This document shows, one piece after another, positions 45,688 to 57,921 of a stretch of DNA of 64,000 nucleotides. The stretch lies in assembly GCF_009914755.1 (NCBI RefSeq), contig NC_060947.1; one strand, written 5' to 3'. The DNA comes from the human T2T-CHM13v2.0 reference genome, Homo sapiens. Position 1 is the stretch's first letter; each line of letters starts with the position of its first letter. The notes under the pieces were generated by a model that had not been told where the DNA came from, ran no database searches, and worked only from the letters and a program-made list of their open reading frames with translations. A program made the position numbers and the translations under genes.

Positions 45688-45934
45688 TCTCATATATGGT
45701 CAGATAATAAAAATCTAACCACTCTCCCCAGCAGAGATATATTGTTGGTTACCTTTCAGCTGCTATAGTTTAGTCTGGCCTGGGATACTTTGCACCTCCA
45801 GTTGCCTTGTGTAACGGTGCAACTTGTGTCCTTTTGGGCTTATGGGACTTGAGTAGGAGCTGAACTCTAACCAGAACTCACTGGCTATATTTATTATCAC
45901 TAACTGCCCAAACACCACACAGTGTAGTGGCTTC
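45688..45934 (+). repeat. Local duplication, copy B (of 42468-42712)
   Basis: Colinear match that includes the first ~45 bp of the neighbouring MLT1 LTR. Confidence 0.95.
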
Positions 45935-45949
45935 CATTTAAAGTAGCTT

Positions 45950-46550
45950 GTGTTAAGTCTTAGATCTCCCGAAAGTAATGCATTCAGATAATGTTATCTT
46001 GGATGCAGTAGAATCCTTCTTTGGCACATCACCCCACTCCCACCCCAATAGTAAGAGGCATCCTCCTGGCAACGATTTTCTGTGATGTGGCCTAGGCTTC
46101 CCATGCACAGCTGATCAGCCAGACTTGAAGTTGTGACCTAAACTGGACAAAAAAGAGGAACTTCCTTGAAAATTTGGAATTGGAATTGCAATTCCAATTT
46201 CTACCAGGACTGCTAGCTTAAAAAGAGAAAATATATATATATCCATGAGTGGTGATATGATACTGTTTTTCACTATGTGGATTGGAGAGCAGAGAAACCC
46301 AGAAGAGAGATACAGAAACTTAGATACAAAGAAAGAGAAGGAAATCAAGAAGACTTATAGAGGGATGCAGAGATGAAAAAATGGAGACAGTTCAGATGGT
46401 GTCTTAAGCACTTACTCTAATCCATTCCCAAGGCCTTTGGGATCCATGTTATTATATCTTAATAATAAATGGTCGCTTTTTTCTTATACTAATTGGGATC
46501 CACTTGAGTCCATTTCTGTTGTGTGCAGCCAAAGGAGTCGTAAGTAGAAG
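45950..46550 (+). mobile_element. Old ERVL/MaLR-type LTR (LTR33/MLT1J-like)
   Basis: 3' signature 'aataaat...tttttcttatactaatt...atttctgttgtgtgcagccaaaggagtc'. Confidence 0.5.
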
Positions 46551-47589
46551 AATGTCTTCTCTGAACTACTGTCTGTACAAGCTATCTTTCAACTTGTATC
46601 AGAATCCTCAAAACAAGATTTTGTATAGAGATATGGTTGAAGTAGTCCAATTCATTGTATTGCTAGCTAGATGAAAAGTCTTATACAGCCTTATATCCTA
46701 TTTGTGTGGGTGTGTTTCTGTGTGCATACAATGTTACATTTTTATCTACCAAAATGTTTACCTTCTTCTAGTCATCTGACAAGTGTTTAAATTGAGAACC
46801 TGCTATATGCAAAGTATTATAATAAGCCCTGGTTCTTAAAAAATGATGATTTCTTCTGTTGGTGATAGTTTTATAATCTATAATGTTTCCTTAATTATCC
46901 TGTTTGCCAGGAAGCTCCCAGCTAAATTTATTTGTCACTATGGTGATAATTTCATATCATTTCATTATTTTCTTCCTGTTATAGCCTCACTTTCTTTATA
47001 TGATTCCTCACCACAATTTCAATTCCCTTAAACTAGCCTGTGTTTACATATCTATGCATTTTTACTTTAAGATGGCCCCAATATTTTGTGAGAAGGTGGG
47101 CACACATGAATACATTATTTGGAATTGGTTCTGTTAAAATTTGACTCCATTTGGCATTTGGGTTGGTCCTTAGAATGGAGGTGATGTTAACTTAGGAGTC
47201 ACAACAAGATATGGCCATATTTTCTGTCACATGCATGAAGGAGAAAATATCAGGAGAGGGAGGGAAGGAGAGAGAAAGACACACAAAGAATGCCGGAATG
47301 AGAGAAGACAGAAGTAGGCATGCAGAGAAAAAAAAAAAGGCAAGTGGAGAATGTAACACTGAACTGTGCTTTGAAACATTCACATTCATTCTTTAATTTA
47401 TCCTCCAGAGATCTATTAGAAGAAAATATTCTGAGTGCTGAATATCAGAGATAGTTTGCTCTGTTTTCACAGCATTACTGGGGACCATCGGTAAAACCTT
47501 CTTTAATTGAGTCAGATTTAACATTGCAGAACCAGAATGGTTTTTATTTTTGGTTTGTTTCCAGACTAGTTTTCAATGGATCTTTTGGC

Positions 47590-49457
47590 TTTATTTTCTT
47601 TTTATCAACTTTTATTTTAGATTCAGTGGGTACAAATGCAGGTTTCTTACCTGGGTATGTTGCATGATGCTGAGATTGGGGGTACAGATAATCCCATCAT
47701 CCAGGTACTGAGGATAGCATCCAATGGTTAGTTTTTCAACCCTGACTCCCCCTTCTCTCCAAGTAGTCCCAATTTCTATTGTTGCCATCTTTATGTCCAT
47801 GAGTACCCAATGTTTACTTCCCACTTTTAAGTGAAAACGTGGTATTTGGTTTTCTATTCCTGTGTTCTCAGGATAATGGCCTCTAGCTGCATCTATGTTG
47901 CACAAAGGATGCAATTTCAGTCTTTTTTATGGCTGCATAGTATTCCATGGTGTATAGGTATCACATTCTCTTTATCCAGTCCACTATTGATGGGAACCTA
48001 GGTTGATTCCGTATCTTTGCTGTTGTGAATAATGCTGTGATGAACATGTGAGTACACATGTTGTTTTGGTAGAAAGATTTATTTTCTTTTGGATATATAC
48101 ACAGTAATGGGATTACTGAGTCAAACGGTAGTTCTGTTTTAAGTTCTTTGAGCAATCTCCAAACTGCTTACTACAGTGGCTGAACTAATTTACGTTCCCA
48201 TCAACAGTGTATGTGTTCCCTTTTCTCTGTACCCTCACCAATATCTGTTTTTTGATTTTTTAATAATAGCCACTCTGACTGTTGTAAGATGATATTTCAT
48301 TGTGGCTTTGATTTACATTTCTCTGATGATCAGTGATGTTGAGCATTATTTCATGTTTGTCTGTGTATATGTCTTGTTTTGAGAAGTGTCTGATCATATC
48401 TTTGCCCATTTTTAATGGGGTTATTTGTTTTTTGTTTATTCAGTTGTTTAAGCTCCTTACAGATTCTGAATATTAGACCTTTGTCAGATGCATAGTTTGC
48501 AAATATTTCCTCCAATTCCGTAGGTTGTTTGTTTACTCTGTTGATAGTTTCTTTTGCTGTGCAGAAGCTCTTGAGTTTAATTAGGTCACACTTGTCAATT
48601 TTTGGTTTTGTTGCAATTGCTTTTGAGGACTTACTCATAAATTCTTTCCCAAGGCAGATGTCCAGAATGATGTTTCCTATGTTTTCTTCTAGGATTATTA
48701 TAATTTGAGATCTCACATTTAAGTCTTTCATCCATGTTGATTTTTTATATCTGGTGAAAGTAGGGGTCCTGTTTCATCCTTCTGCATATAGCGAGCCAGC
48801 TATCCCCAGCACCATTTATTGAATAGGGAGTCCTTTCTCCATTGTTTGTTTTTGTCGACTTTTTGAAGATCAGATGGCTGTAGGTGTGGAGCTTTATTTC
48901 TGTGTTCTCTATACTGTTCCATTGGTCTATGTGTCTGTTTTTGTACCAGTATCATGTTGTCTTGGTTACTATAGCCTTATAATATAGTTTGAAGTAGGGT
49001 AACGTGGTATCTCCAGGTTTGCTCTTTTTGCTTAGGATTACTTTAGCTATTCGGGCTTTTTGTTTGGTTGGTTGGTTGGCTGGCTCCATATGAATTTTAG
49101 AGTCGTTTTTTTCTAATTCTGTGAAAAATGACATTGGTAGTTTGATAGTAATGTCTTCAATCTGTAGATTGCTTTGGGCAGTGTGGCCATTTTAACGATA
49201 TTGATTCTTTCAATCCATGAGCATTGAATGTTTTTCCATTTGTCTCATCTATGGTTTCATTTAGCAGTGCTTTGTAGTTCTCTTTTTAGGGATGTTTCAC
49301 CACCTTGGTTAGATATATTCCTAGGTATTTCATTATTTGTGGCTATTATAAATGGGACTGCATTCTTGATTTGTCTCTCAGCTTGAATGTTGTTGGTGTG
49401 TAGAAATGCTACTGATTTCTGTACATTGATTTTGTATCCTGAAATTTTACTGAAGTC
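47590..49457 (-). mobile_element. L1PA15/16-like, 5'-truncated
   Basis: 3'UTR 'ttttattttagattcagtgggtacaaatgcaggtttcttacctgggtatgttgcatgatgctgag' followed by antisense ORF2 ([15 protein letters not shown]; [14 protein letters not shown]). Confidence 0.93.
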
Positions 49458-50989
49458 CTCACTTTGATTCAGATCTATGTTACTGGATTCCACATTTCAT
49501 CTACTGGTCTAATTAATGCCTGGGTGGCCTCTCTCAGCCTCACTAAGCCTTTGGTATTCATTGCATATCCCAAAGCCAGAAGTAAGTCAGTATTAGGCCT
49601 GCATCTGATGGTATCTCATTGAGGTCAATAGCGAGTTATGGGATAGGGATGATCACTTGGGACTGGCAGCTGGCAAAGCAGGAAAGCTAGCAATTTAGAG
49701 TGAAAATCCAGCTGCCCATTCTCTTGAGCTCTTCGACATTTTAACAATGGATGTTTACTGGCAGGGAAACTGAGGCCTGTCCAGAAAGAATGAATGGAAG
49801 ATAGAAAATCACCCAATCTTTATTACTAAAATTAGAGTTGTATTACTTATCTAAACTGGATATTCTAATAAGCCAATTATATGTTTATCTGGAGTTTTCC
49901 TTCACTATGTGATTGTAAATGAGTTCCATAAGATCCATAAAAATACTCTTATTACTTCAGATCCTGAAGAGTGATTACAATGTATGGTAATACAAACAAA
50001 ACACACATGTATGTGCATACACACTCCCTCTCGGTGGTGAAATTTTCTTCTGATTCAAGGAAGTTTAGTCATATTTATAAGTCCATATTTTAGCCCACTT
50101 TAACATCTAAGACTGCACTGTAAATACTGCTTTAGAAAGTTGAAAGAAAAGAAAACAATGTTTCTATTTTATAGAATTGAATACAATTAAAATGTTTATA
50201 TATACACACAAAAGCAAGTAGGGCTAACCACTTGGTTTAATTACACATTCCAGATTTTTCAAAAATGTGCTTTAAATCCTAATTGGTGTTTTAAAATCTG
50301 AGAGTAAACTTTCTATGATGATGAATGAAATTCTAGAATCTGAAGAAAACTTACTTGATATCTCATCATTAATTACAAATAACATATATGCCTGGTGAAC
50401 ACAATTCAAAATTAATTTTGGTAAGAATGCCAAAAGAATTATTTATTGGAATTCATTGTGTCTGGTTACATTAGACTCTATATTGGAAGTAGATGCATAT
50501 TTAGTATGCATAATGAATTAGGTGGGTTGTTCCATTTATAGGCAACTATTACATGATTTCTTTCATCTCCAGGATGCTCTAATATGTTCATAGGATTGTT
50601 CAGAATCATGTTCTTCAAATTCAAATGCTTGAGCAATGCAGGAAGTGGAGGGTGGGGAAACTTTCACCAAAGCAAAAATCCTCTCACCCAACTTTAAGTC
50701 AACCCTGGTTATAGGGCAATTGATAAAATTTGTCTTTCAAATGTTCTTATAAGGTCTTACAGAGATGGCTAAGATAATGCATATAAAAGCTAGTAATGGA
50801 CCCTAGAAGAGTTCATTGGTATATGAATATTTCTAATTACCAATATTATATTCATAAGTATAAAATATAGAACATCTCAGCCAGGGGCCCTAAAATTGAA
50901 GGTCCTAAAATTGAGCATGTCATCAGCAAAGATTTTTTTTAATCATTATCATAATTGTCACCACCACCACCACCACCACCATCATCATC

Positions 50990-51150
50990 TTTGTTGTCAT
51001 CATAGGGTATTTTTTATGTGCCAGGCATATATTTAAGCAGTTCACTTTCCATATCTTATTTAATTCTCACACAGACCCTGTAAGTTAGATATTATTATTA
51101 TTTTCCTTTTACAGGGGGAACAAATTTAGTCCTAGAGCAGCTGAATATAT
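50990..51150 (-). mobile_element. MIR, preceded by (CAC)n/(CAT)n at ~50958-50990
   Basis: 'tatgtgccaggcat...atcttatttaattctcacacagaccctgtaagttagatattattatt...ttttacag'. Confidence 0.75.
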
Positions 51151-51519
51151 ACCACTAGAGTCCAAATTATGCTGTCCATCCAGTTATTTGCTATTACAGA
51201 GTCAGCAATCCTAAATGTTCCTGACTTGGTATTCTTCTTAAAACATTAGAAGTTTAAAGCATGCAACAAACATTTGCTAGATTGAAAGGCAACCCTCTTC
51301 CAATACGAATCATGAAAGAGATACCTGAATGTAATTTAAAGGTCTTTTTACCATTATCTGACTAGTCAAGAAGGCGCCCAGTTATCAAATTTGCTGTGCA
51401 CACACAGGCTAGGGCATAAAATAGAAAGCTCTCTCTTGTCACGCACCCTTTGTTACTATGCCATACAGTTTTTCCACATGGACATCACAATGCTGGAACA
51501 ATGCAGAAATTGAGATGCA

Positions 51520-51730
51520 GATTTTAGAGCAGGATGGCCTGAATTATTCTAGATCTTGACTGAACTACTTGCTACCTGTGTGACTTAGGCCTAACGTGAC
51601 TATACCTCAATTTCCTTATTTACAAAATGGATATAAAAACAATATCCTACTTCATAGGGTTATAGTAAATATTAAATTTGATGCTACATGCAACACACTT
51701 AGAACTGTATGATAAATGTTAACTTGCATT
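51520..51730 (+). mobile_element. MIR
   Basis: 'ctacttgctacctgtgtgacttaggc...cctcaatttccttatttacaaaatgga...cctacttcatagggtt'. Confidence 0.8.
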
Positions 51731-51923
51731 ATCTGACTACAGTATTCATCTCTTACAAGAAAACTGTCCTCTGAAGGCAATCATTGGCCATTTGCTGTCT
51801 CTAAAACCACTGGCCTCTAAATGACAATAAACTCCTTAAGAGCAGGTACCTGGCATAACTACCTTTTTATTTGTTAGAACTCAATAATGTCTTATTGCAT
51901 TTTTAAAAAGTGTGGATGATAAG

Positions 51924-52388
51924 TGTGATGGTTAATACTGAGTGTCAACTTGATTGGATTGAAGGATGCAAAGTATTGCTCCTGGGTGTGTCTGTGAGGG
52001 TGTTGCCAAAGGAGATTAACATTTGAGTCAATGGGCTGGGAAAGGCAGACCCACCTTTAATCTGGGTGAGCACTATCTAATCAACTGCCAGTGTGGCTAG
52101 AACATAAGCAGGCAGAAAAATGTGAAAAGAGAGACTGGCCTAGCCTCCCAGCCTACATCTTTCTCCCATGCTGGGTGCTTCCTGCCCTTGAACATCAGAC
52201 TCCAAGTTCTTCAGTTTTGGAACTCAGACTGGTTCTCCTTGCTTCTCAGCCTGCAGACGGCCTATGTGGGACCTTGTGATCATGTGAGTTAATACTTAAT
52301 AAACTCGTATATGTATTTCATATATACATATATCATTTGTATGTATATATATTCCATTAGTTCTGTCTGTCTAGAGAACCCTAATACG
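51924..52388 (+). mobile_element. HERV-L solo LTR, MLT2A1-like
   Basis: Starts TGTGATGGTTAATACTGAGTGTCAACTTGATTGGATTGAAGG; AATAAA and a TA-rich tract; ends CTAGAGAACCCTAATACG; perfect 5-bp TSD ATAAG (51919-51923, 52389-52393). Confidence 0.93.
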
Positions 52389-53679
52389 ATAAGAAAAACA
52401 TTTTCTTTTGTGCCTTTGTCTATCTTGCACTAATTTTACAAATTTCAAAAGTGGAGTCATGTTGATATAAAAATAGCTGCTATACTCAACTAATGATGCA
52501 AATGGAAAATGGTCTTCAAATTACTTTAAAGCATCTCCTAACACTTTGCATTCCTTGAGGAAGGGTTTTACTTCAACCTAGTCAATCTTTACTGCTGGTT
52601 AATGCTCTGGACTTTCTTTGCAATTTTCAAGAAACACCAAGTCAAGAATACTTAAGGTTGTTGACCTTATGTTAGCAGTTAACCCAACTGGATGGAGAGT
52701 AGAATTTGGGCATAATTTCATGAATGCATAGGGATATGAATGATTTTACATAAAGAAGATGTGAGAGTAGCATAGAGGGATGGAGTTCTTGGCAAAGTCT
52801 TTCGGTTAGACATTAATTATAAACCCAAAAAAGGAGTGAGCATGGCTTTTGTAACAACCAGAGAGATTAATTTGGTGTTGATAATGTTAGTCTAAAAACC
52901 AAGTGCCTAATGGCTTCGTGGACTTAGATGTATAGAGGGACACTATGTCATGTTGGTGATGGGATCTGTCATCTCTGAAGGGCACATAGTTAATAAGGTC
53001 ATATCAAGCCACCATCTTAAGGGCTGATGCAATTAAAATCACATTTGGAAAGCAGTTTATTGGTCGACAGCAGCAGAGAGAATAATGTTCATTTCGGTAA
53101 ATACCTAAGCTTTCTTCCAAGGAGTTCAAATGTTCTATTTATACTCAGATAACACAGACATCTCAAATTTCTCTACTGTAAACATACACCCTTAAGCTCA
53201 TGCTAAAATAGCACTTGGTCTTAAAAATGTTATCCTCTTGGAAACCACATGGTTATAGATACTTTTGTTTACTCTGATTATTTCCCAAGATGGGCATCCT
53301 TATTACTGCATGCCCATTGCCCAAGAATCAAAGTTGTAAGCATCACTCTTTCACGTACCTTGTTCCATCTCCACTTCATTGTCAGGCAAGCATAACTCAG
53401 AATCATCACTTGAGTGTGAGGTTATCTCTAGGTTTACGAAGCTGCAGAATATGAAAGTCTGAACTAGGTTGCCCTTTATATCCATGCCCCAAGAGGGAGA
53501 TAAAGGAACTATTTATTAAACGTATACATATAATATGTTCCCAACCTGTGCTAGGCACTATGTATGTGTGTGTACTTTACATGTATTCCATATAAACATA
53601 CATGTATTCTATATGTATTTTGTTTATACTATGAAATCCATCCTTACAGTTGCTCGCCCCAAAACCTTGATGTGTCACT

Positions 53680-53855
53680 CTTTTTTCACTGTATATATTT
53701 ATGGTGTACAACATGATGTTATGACAGACTTATGCATAGTGAACTGGTTACTATAGTCAAGGAAATTAACATATCCATCATCTCATATAGTTGCCCTTTT
53801 TCTTTGTGGTAAGAGCACCTAAAATCTACTCTCTTGGCAAGTTTTCAGCAAATAT
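53680..53855 (-). mobile_element. L1MA-like 3' tip
   Basis: 'tgtatatatttatggtgtacaacatgatgtt...attaacatatccatcatctcatatagtt...aaaatctactctctt'. Confidence 0.8.
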
Positions 53856-53869
53856 GATCAATTTTATCT

Positions 53870-54150
53870 TTATAATGTGCCTGGTATCTGACCACATGTC
53901 ACCACCCCTACTGCCACCACTCTGGTCCCATCTGCCATCTTCTGTCATCTGGATTGTTGCATTGGCCTCGTAATTGGTCCCCTGCTTCCACAGCTGTCTA
54001 TTCTCAACAAAGCTCCAGAGTGATACTTTAAAGACATAAGTCAGATCATGTAGCTCCTCTACTGAAAGCATTCCAGTGACTTCCATTTTACTCCATGATC
54101 TATCCCTATAGTGCCTTTCTGACATTGTCTCCTGCTCTTCTCCCTGCCCC
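53870..54150 (+). mobile_element. L2 fragment
   Basis: 'cccctactgccaccactctggtcc...ccagagtgatactttaaagacataagtcagatcatgtagctcctct'. Confidence 0.8.
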
Positions 54151-54244
54151 ATGGGACAGGATGTGGAACATTCTGAGTTTTACATAAATGGACGCACAGA
54201 TTAGTTACTCTTTTGTGTCTGGCTCCTTTATTCCAACATTATAG

Positions 54245-55335
54245 TAATTAAGACACTGGTATTGTCTCAGGACTGAACAGACTAGTGGGAAAAAAGAGAG
54301 GGTCTGGAATTGTGCCCACATATACATGAAAAACATGAAAAGATACGTTAAAATATGAAAGGAAATGAGAGATACAAGAAAAGAGAGGGCCTGGAATTGT
54401 GCCTACATATACAAGAGTTGGTATGGAATTTGTATCCCCATCTTACACCATACACAAAAATCAATTACAGATAGATAAAAGACTTAAAGGCAAAATAAAA
54501 ACCTACAGAAGAAAATATAGGAGAATAGCTCTACAACCTCTGGGTAGGGAGGCTTTCTTTTAAAAGATGACAGATACACAAATGAAGTAAATGTTAAATT
54601 TAAGTACAATAAAATTAAAAATTCCTGTTCAATAAATAGACCATGAAAAGTAAGAGACAAGCCACAAATAGGGAGAAGATATTTGCAGTACACACAACTG
54701 GCAAAAATTACTATCTGGAATATATAAAAATATCCCATAAATCAATTAATAAAAGTTAAGCAGGCACTTCAAAAGAAGAGATATATGAATGCAAAGATCC
54801 CTTATCCTATAAATAATCTGGGGATACTAATTAGGCATACGATGAGATGACATTTTATGCCTACTTACCAGATAAACACAAATTTAAAAGTTTGTCAAAT
54901 ATAATTATTGCCAGAATATGGAGAATCAAAGAGTTCTTGAACTGTGAGTGAGTGTATAAAGTTAGTCCAACCACTCTAAAAATAATTTGACATTACCCTA
55001 TAAAGTAAAAAATGTGTACTTCATCAAAGAATGCATACAGTATAATTCTATTTATAAAACATCCAAAAACATGTAAAATGAAATAAAATTTTGTTTAGGA
55101 ATGCATACCAAAATACACAGCAAAATAAAAGAATGGTGGCAAACATAAAATTCAAGATATTAAGTACCTTTGGGGGTGGGGTGGCATATGAAGGGATCAG
55201 ACAGAGACACTTGAAGAACTTCAGAGGTTTGGACAGTAGTCTCTTTCTTAAGCTGAGTTGGGGGGTACATGGATTATTCTTCTTTAAACTATATTATATA
55301 CTAATTTATGCCTATGATATATTTAATAAAAAACA
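54245..55335 (+). mobile_element. Ancient L1 (L1ME-like) ORF2 and 3' fragments
   Basis: 'atcttacaccatacacaaaaatcaatt', 'aaagtaagagacaagccaca', 'atgcatacagtataattctatttata'. Confidence 0.75.
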
Positions 55336-55359
55336 CAGCAATGATGAACAGTTCTAGAA

Positions 55360-55515
55360 CTGCGTTGTCTAATATGGTAGTCAACAGACACATGCAGCTA
55401 TTTAAATTATTTAAAATTAATTTTTCAGTCATACTATAATATTTAAAATGCTCAGTAACCATATGTGTGGCTGCTGGCTACCATATCAGACAGTGCAGAT
55501 TATTGGGCAGCACTG
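55360..55515. mobile_element. MER3-like hAT MITE
   Basis: 'ctgcgttgtctaatatggtag...gtggctgctggctaccatatcagacagtgcag...tattgggcagcactg'; TSD TTCTAGAA/TTCTAGGA. Confidence 0.85.
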
Positions 55516-55597
55516 TTCTAGGACATTCTTATCTCCCTAGAGTTAGATATTGTTTTTTGTCCACTTTTTAATAAAAGCCAGTAATTCATTGGTTTTC

Positions 55598-55600
<3 letters not shown>

Positions 55601-55629
<29 letters not shown>
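55601..55629 (+). repeat. A29 homopolymer
   Basis: Directly visible. Confidence 0.97.
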
Positions 55630-55631
<2 letters not shown>

Positions 55632-57575
55632 TTTCCAAAATTCTGTTAGTAACAGCAGTAGGAGATGAAGCAAAGATTTACTTCCTATGGATTTCGTTGA
55701 TCCTTTTAGTTAAAGGAAATGCCATTAACAAATTTGTTGGACTTCATATTTCAGCTCACTTAACTCATCAAGTGCCAGCATGAGCCTGATTATTCTTTGG
55801 CTTCAGAAAGTCAGAGATTATTTCCATGCATATATGTTCAGCTTCTATGCCAACAAGGTTGTGAGCAGAATTTAATCTGCTAAAATAATTCATTGTATAA
55901 AGATATCTAAAGCTACATGTCCTCCAAGGTAGGACATATAAGTGGGCAATGGTCTTGCAGAATAAAATCCATAAGTACTAGAGAGGAACATCTTTGTCTC
56001 CCTCCCACCTACTTTCTAGGTCCTTTACCAAAGCAGGCATTGCTAATCTGAGTGGTTCAGATTCTAATACTCTAGTGAGAATCTGACCTTGTGTGTTACA
56101 GGATCAAATACATGAGTGTCTTTCTCTATTTTTCTTGCCTCCATAGAGCAGAATCTGGCCTTGGACTCTGGTGTCTTTTCCCTCTTTTCCATTGCACATG
56201 CACTTGGATGTTTAAAACCCTGCCCTCATGTTCCTAATGCAGCTGCCATGAAGGTGGTAAAATTTTGAAAGTGGGGTTTTAGTTTTGGGGCAGAATGCAT
56301 ACTCCCCTCATCTCTTGAGTCTAAGCCATGGATTCCTGTCCAGTTGCCTAGAAAGCTGACATTGGAATTTCACCCACAGGCTCACTGAAAAGAAATAATG
56401 CCATTCTTCCCTTGCCATTGTCTATTGTGAGCACAGTGCCTTTGGAATTTCAAGGAGAACAGATGAGCTGAGCCAAGATAAAATTTAGGTGATACTTTAT
56501 CCTTAGGCCAAACTTCCATATAATGGCACTTGAAGCCCCATTACCACACCCAAGAGATACTAGGTGGGGATTGATTCAGAGTTGAACAGGGAGTTAGAGA
56601 AGTCACAGTCTGCTCTTAGTTGTAGGATGGCCCTGCTAGGAGCTAACATCCCTCTTTAAAGAGGTGTTTCCCTCACTTTATGAGTGGTCATTATTCCATA
56701 AATACTAGAGATGGTACAGCAGGAGACATCAAGTCACTTTCCATCCTCACCTAAGACATTTAGGATATGCCTAGCCATCCTGGCAATGTCGCATTTTAAA
56801 GCCACAAATGTTTGCATGGCCTGCAGTCCTGAATCCCTGAAGAGAAAAAGACATCTTTAAAAACACCATTTTAATTGCTAAAATTTACTTCTAAAGGAGG
56901 CATATTTCATCTTATTGTTCTACTAATATAGTTTGTAATATCAGAAACAACAAACACCCCAAAATTCATCACAAGTATTCATAGCTATAACAAGAACCAT
57001 CATAAAATAATTTCCATTTACCAACCAAAGTAATTATAATTCCAACCTCAACAAAAAGCTCTCCTTTCTTATGTTTTAATAACAAGCCCAGGTTTGTTTT
57101 TTTCCCCAATTATTTATTTCTTTATTATTCATTCATTTTTTTGTGTGTGATATAATTCATTGCCTAAGTCACTGGTTTCAAGCCTGTGTATTGTGGACAC
57201 TTAGGAATTATAAGTGCTGTACAAAAGATACCTTTAACCCCTCTGTTTACCAAGTATTGGCTGCATACTGAATAAAAACAGATCTTCCTGTATATGGACT
57301 GCTATTTTCAAATGTCTGCAAGTGTTATGGTTAATATATGGTGGTTATTTCCTTTCTTTTTTGAAAACTTATACAAGATAATTTAAAATGGTTTTTGAAT
57401 TGATAGTCATTTTTTGTCCTAGTACAAATATGTTATAATCAACTAATAACTTGAAACACAGGTAAAATTGTATGGTGATTTGGGGACTTTTCTGATGGTA
57501 TAAAGGGGTCCTCAAACTCACAAATGTTAGGAAACCTTGATCTAAGTCATGCAGAATTGGGCCATCTCCTATTAT

Positions 57576-57921
57576 TGTTGTGGGACTTTTCCTTAATTCA
57601 GCTAAAGATGGGGTCCTTGTCACATGGCCATGAAAATTTAGGCTCGCAGACGATTTGAAGAGTGAGAAAAATGGGATTTATTGGACAAAAAGGAAGAAAA
57701 GGGGAAACAGACTCTTAGCGAGGTAAGAGTTTATGCTTTCTGCTCATGGGCTTCCCGCCTTGCAGACTGAATCCCAGGTACAACCCAGGAAGAGGAGGGG
57801 CCAGGCTTCTCCCCAGAGAAAGCGATGCGGACTTCTGTGGTTGCACTCCAGTGCACACTCCTCCCAGTGTGCAGGTCGGTCAGAGGCTCTGCCAAGGAGC
57901 CCTTACCACCTGGCTGTCTCA
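57576..57921 (-). mobile_element. ERV1 solo LTR, MER61-like
   Basis: Minus strand reads TGAGACAGCCAGGTGG...AATAAATCCCATTTTTCTCAC...GTGACAAGGACCCC...CAACA; 4-bp TSD TTAT (57572-57575, 57922-57925). Confidence 0.88.

Noticed and set aside
57576-57921. p53 response element in the MER61-like LTR
   Set aside because: Some MER61 subfamilies carry one, but I see no paired RRRCWWGYYY in this copy.
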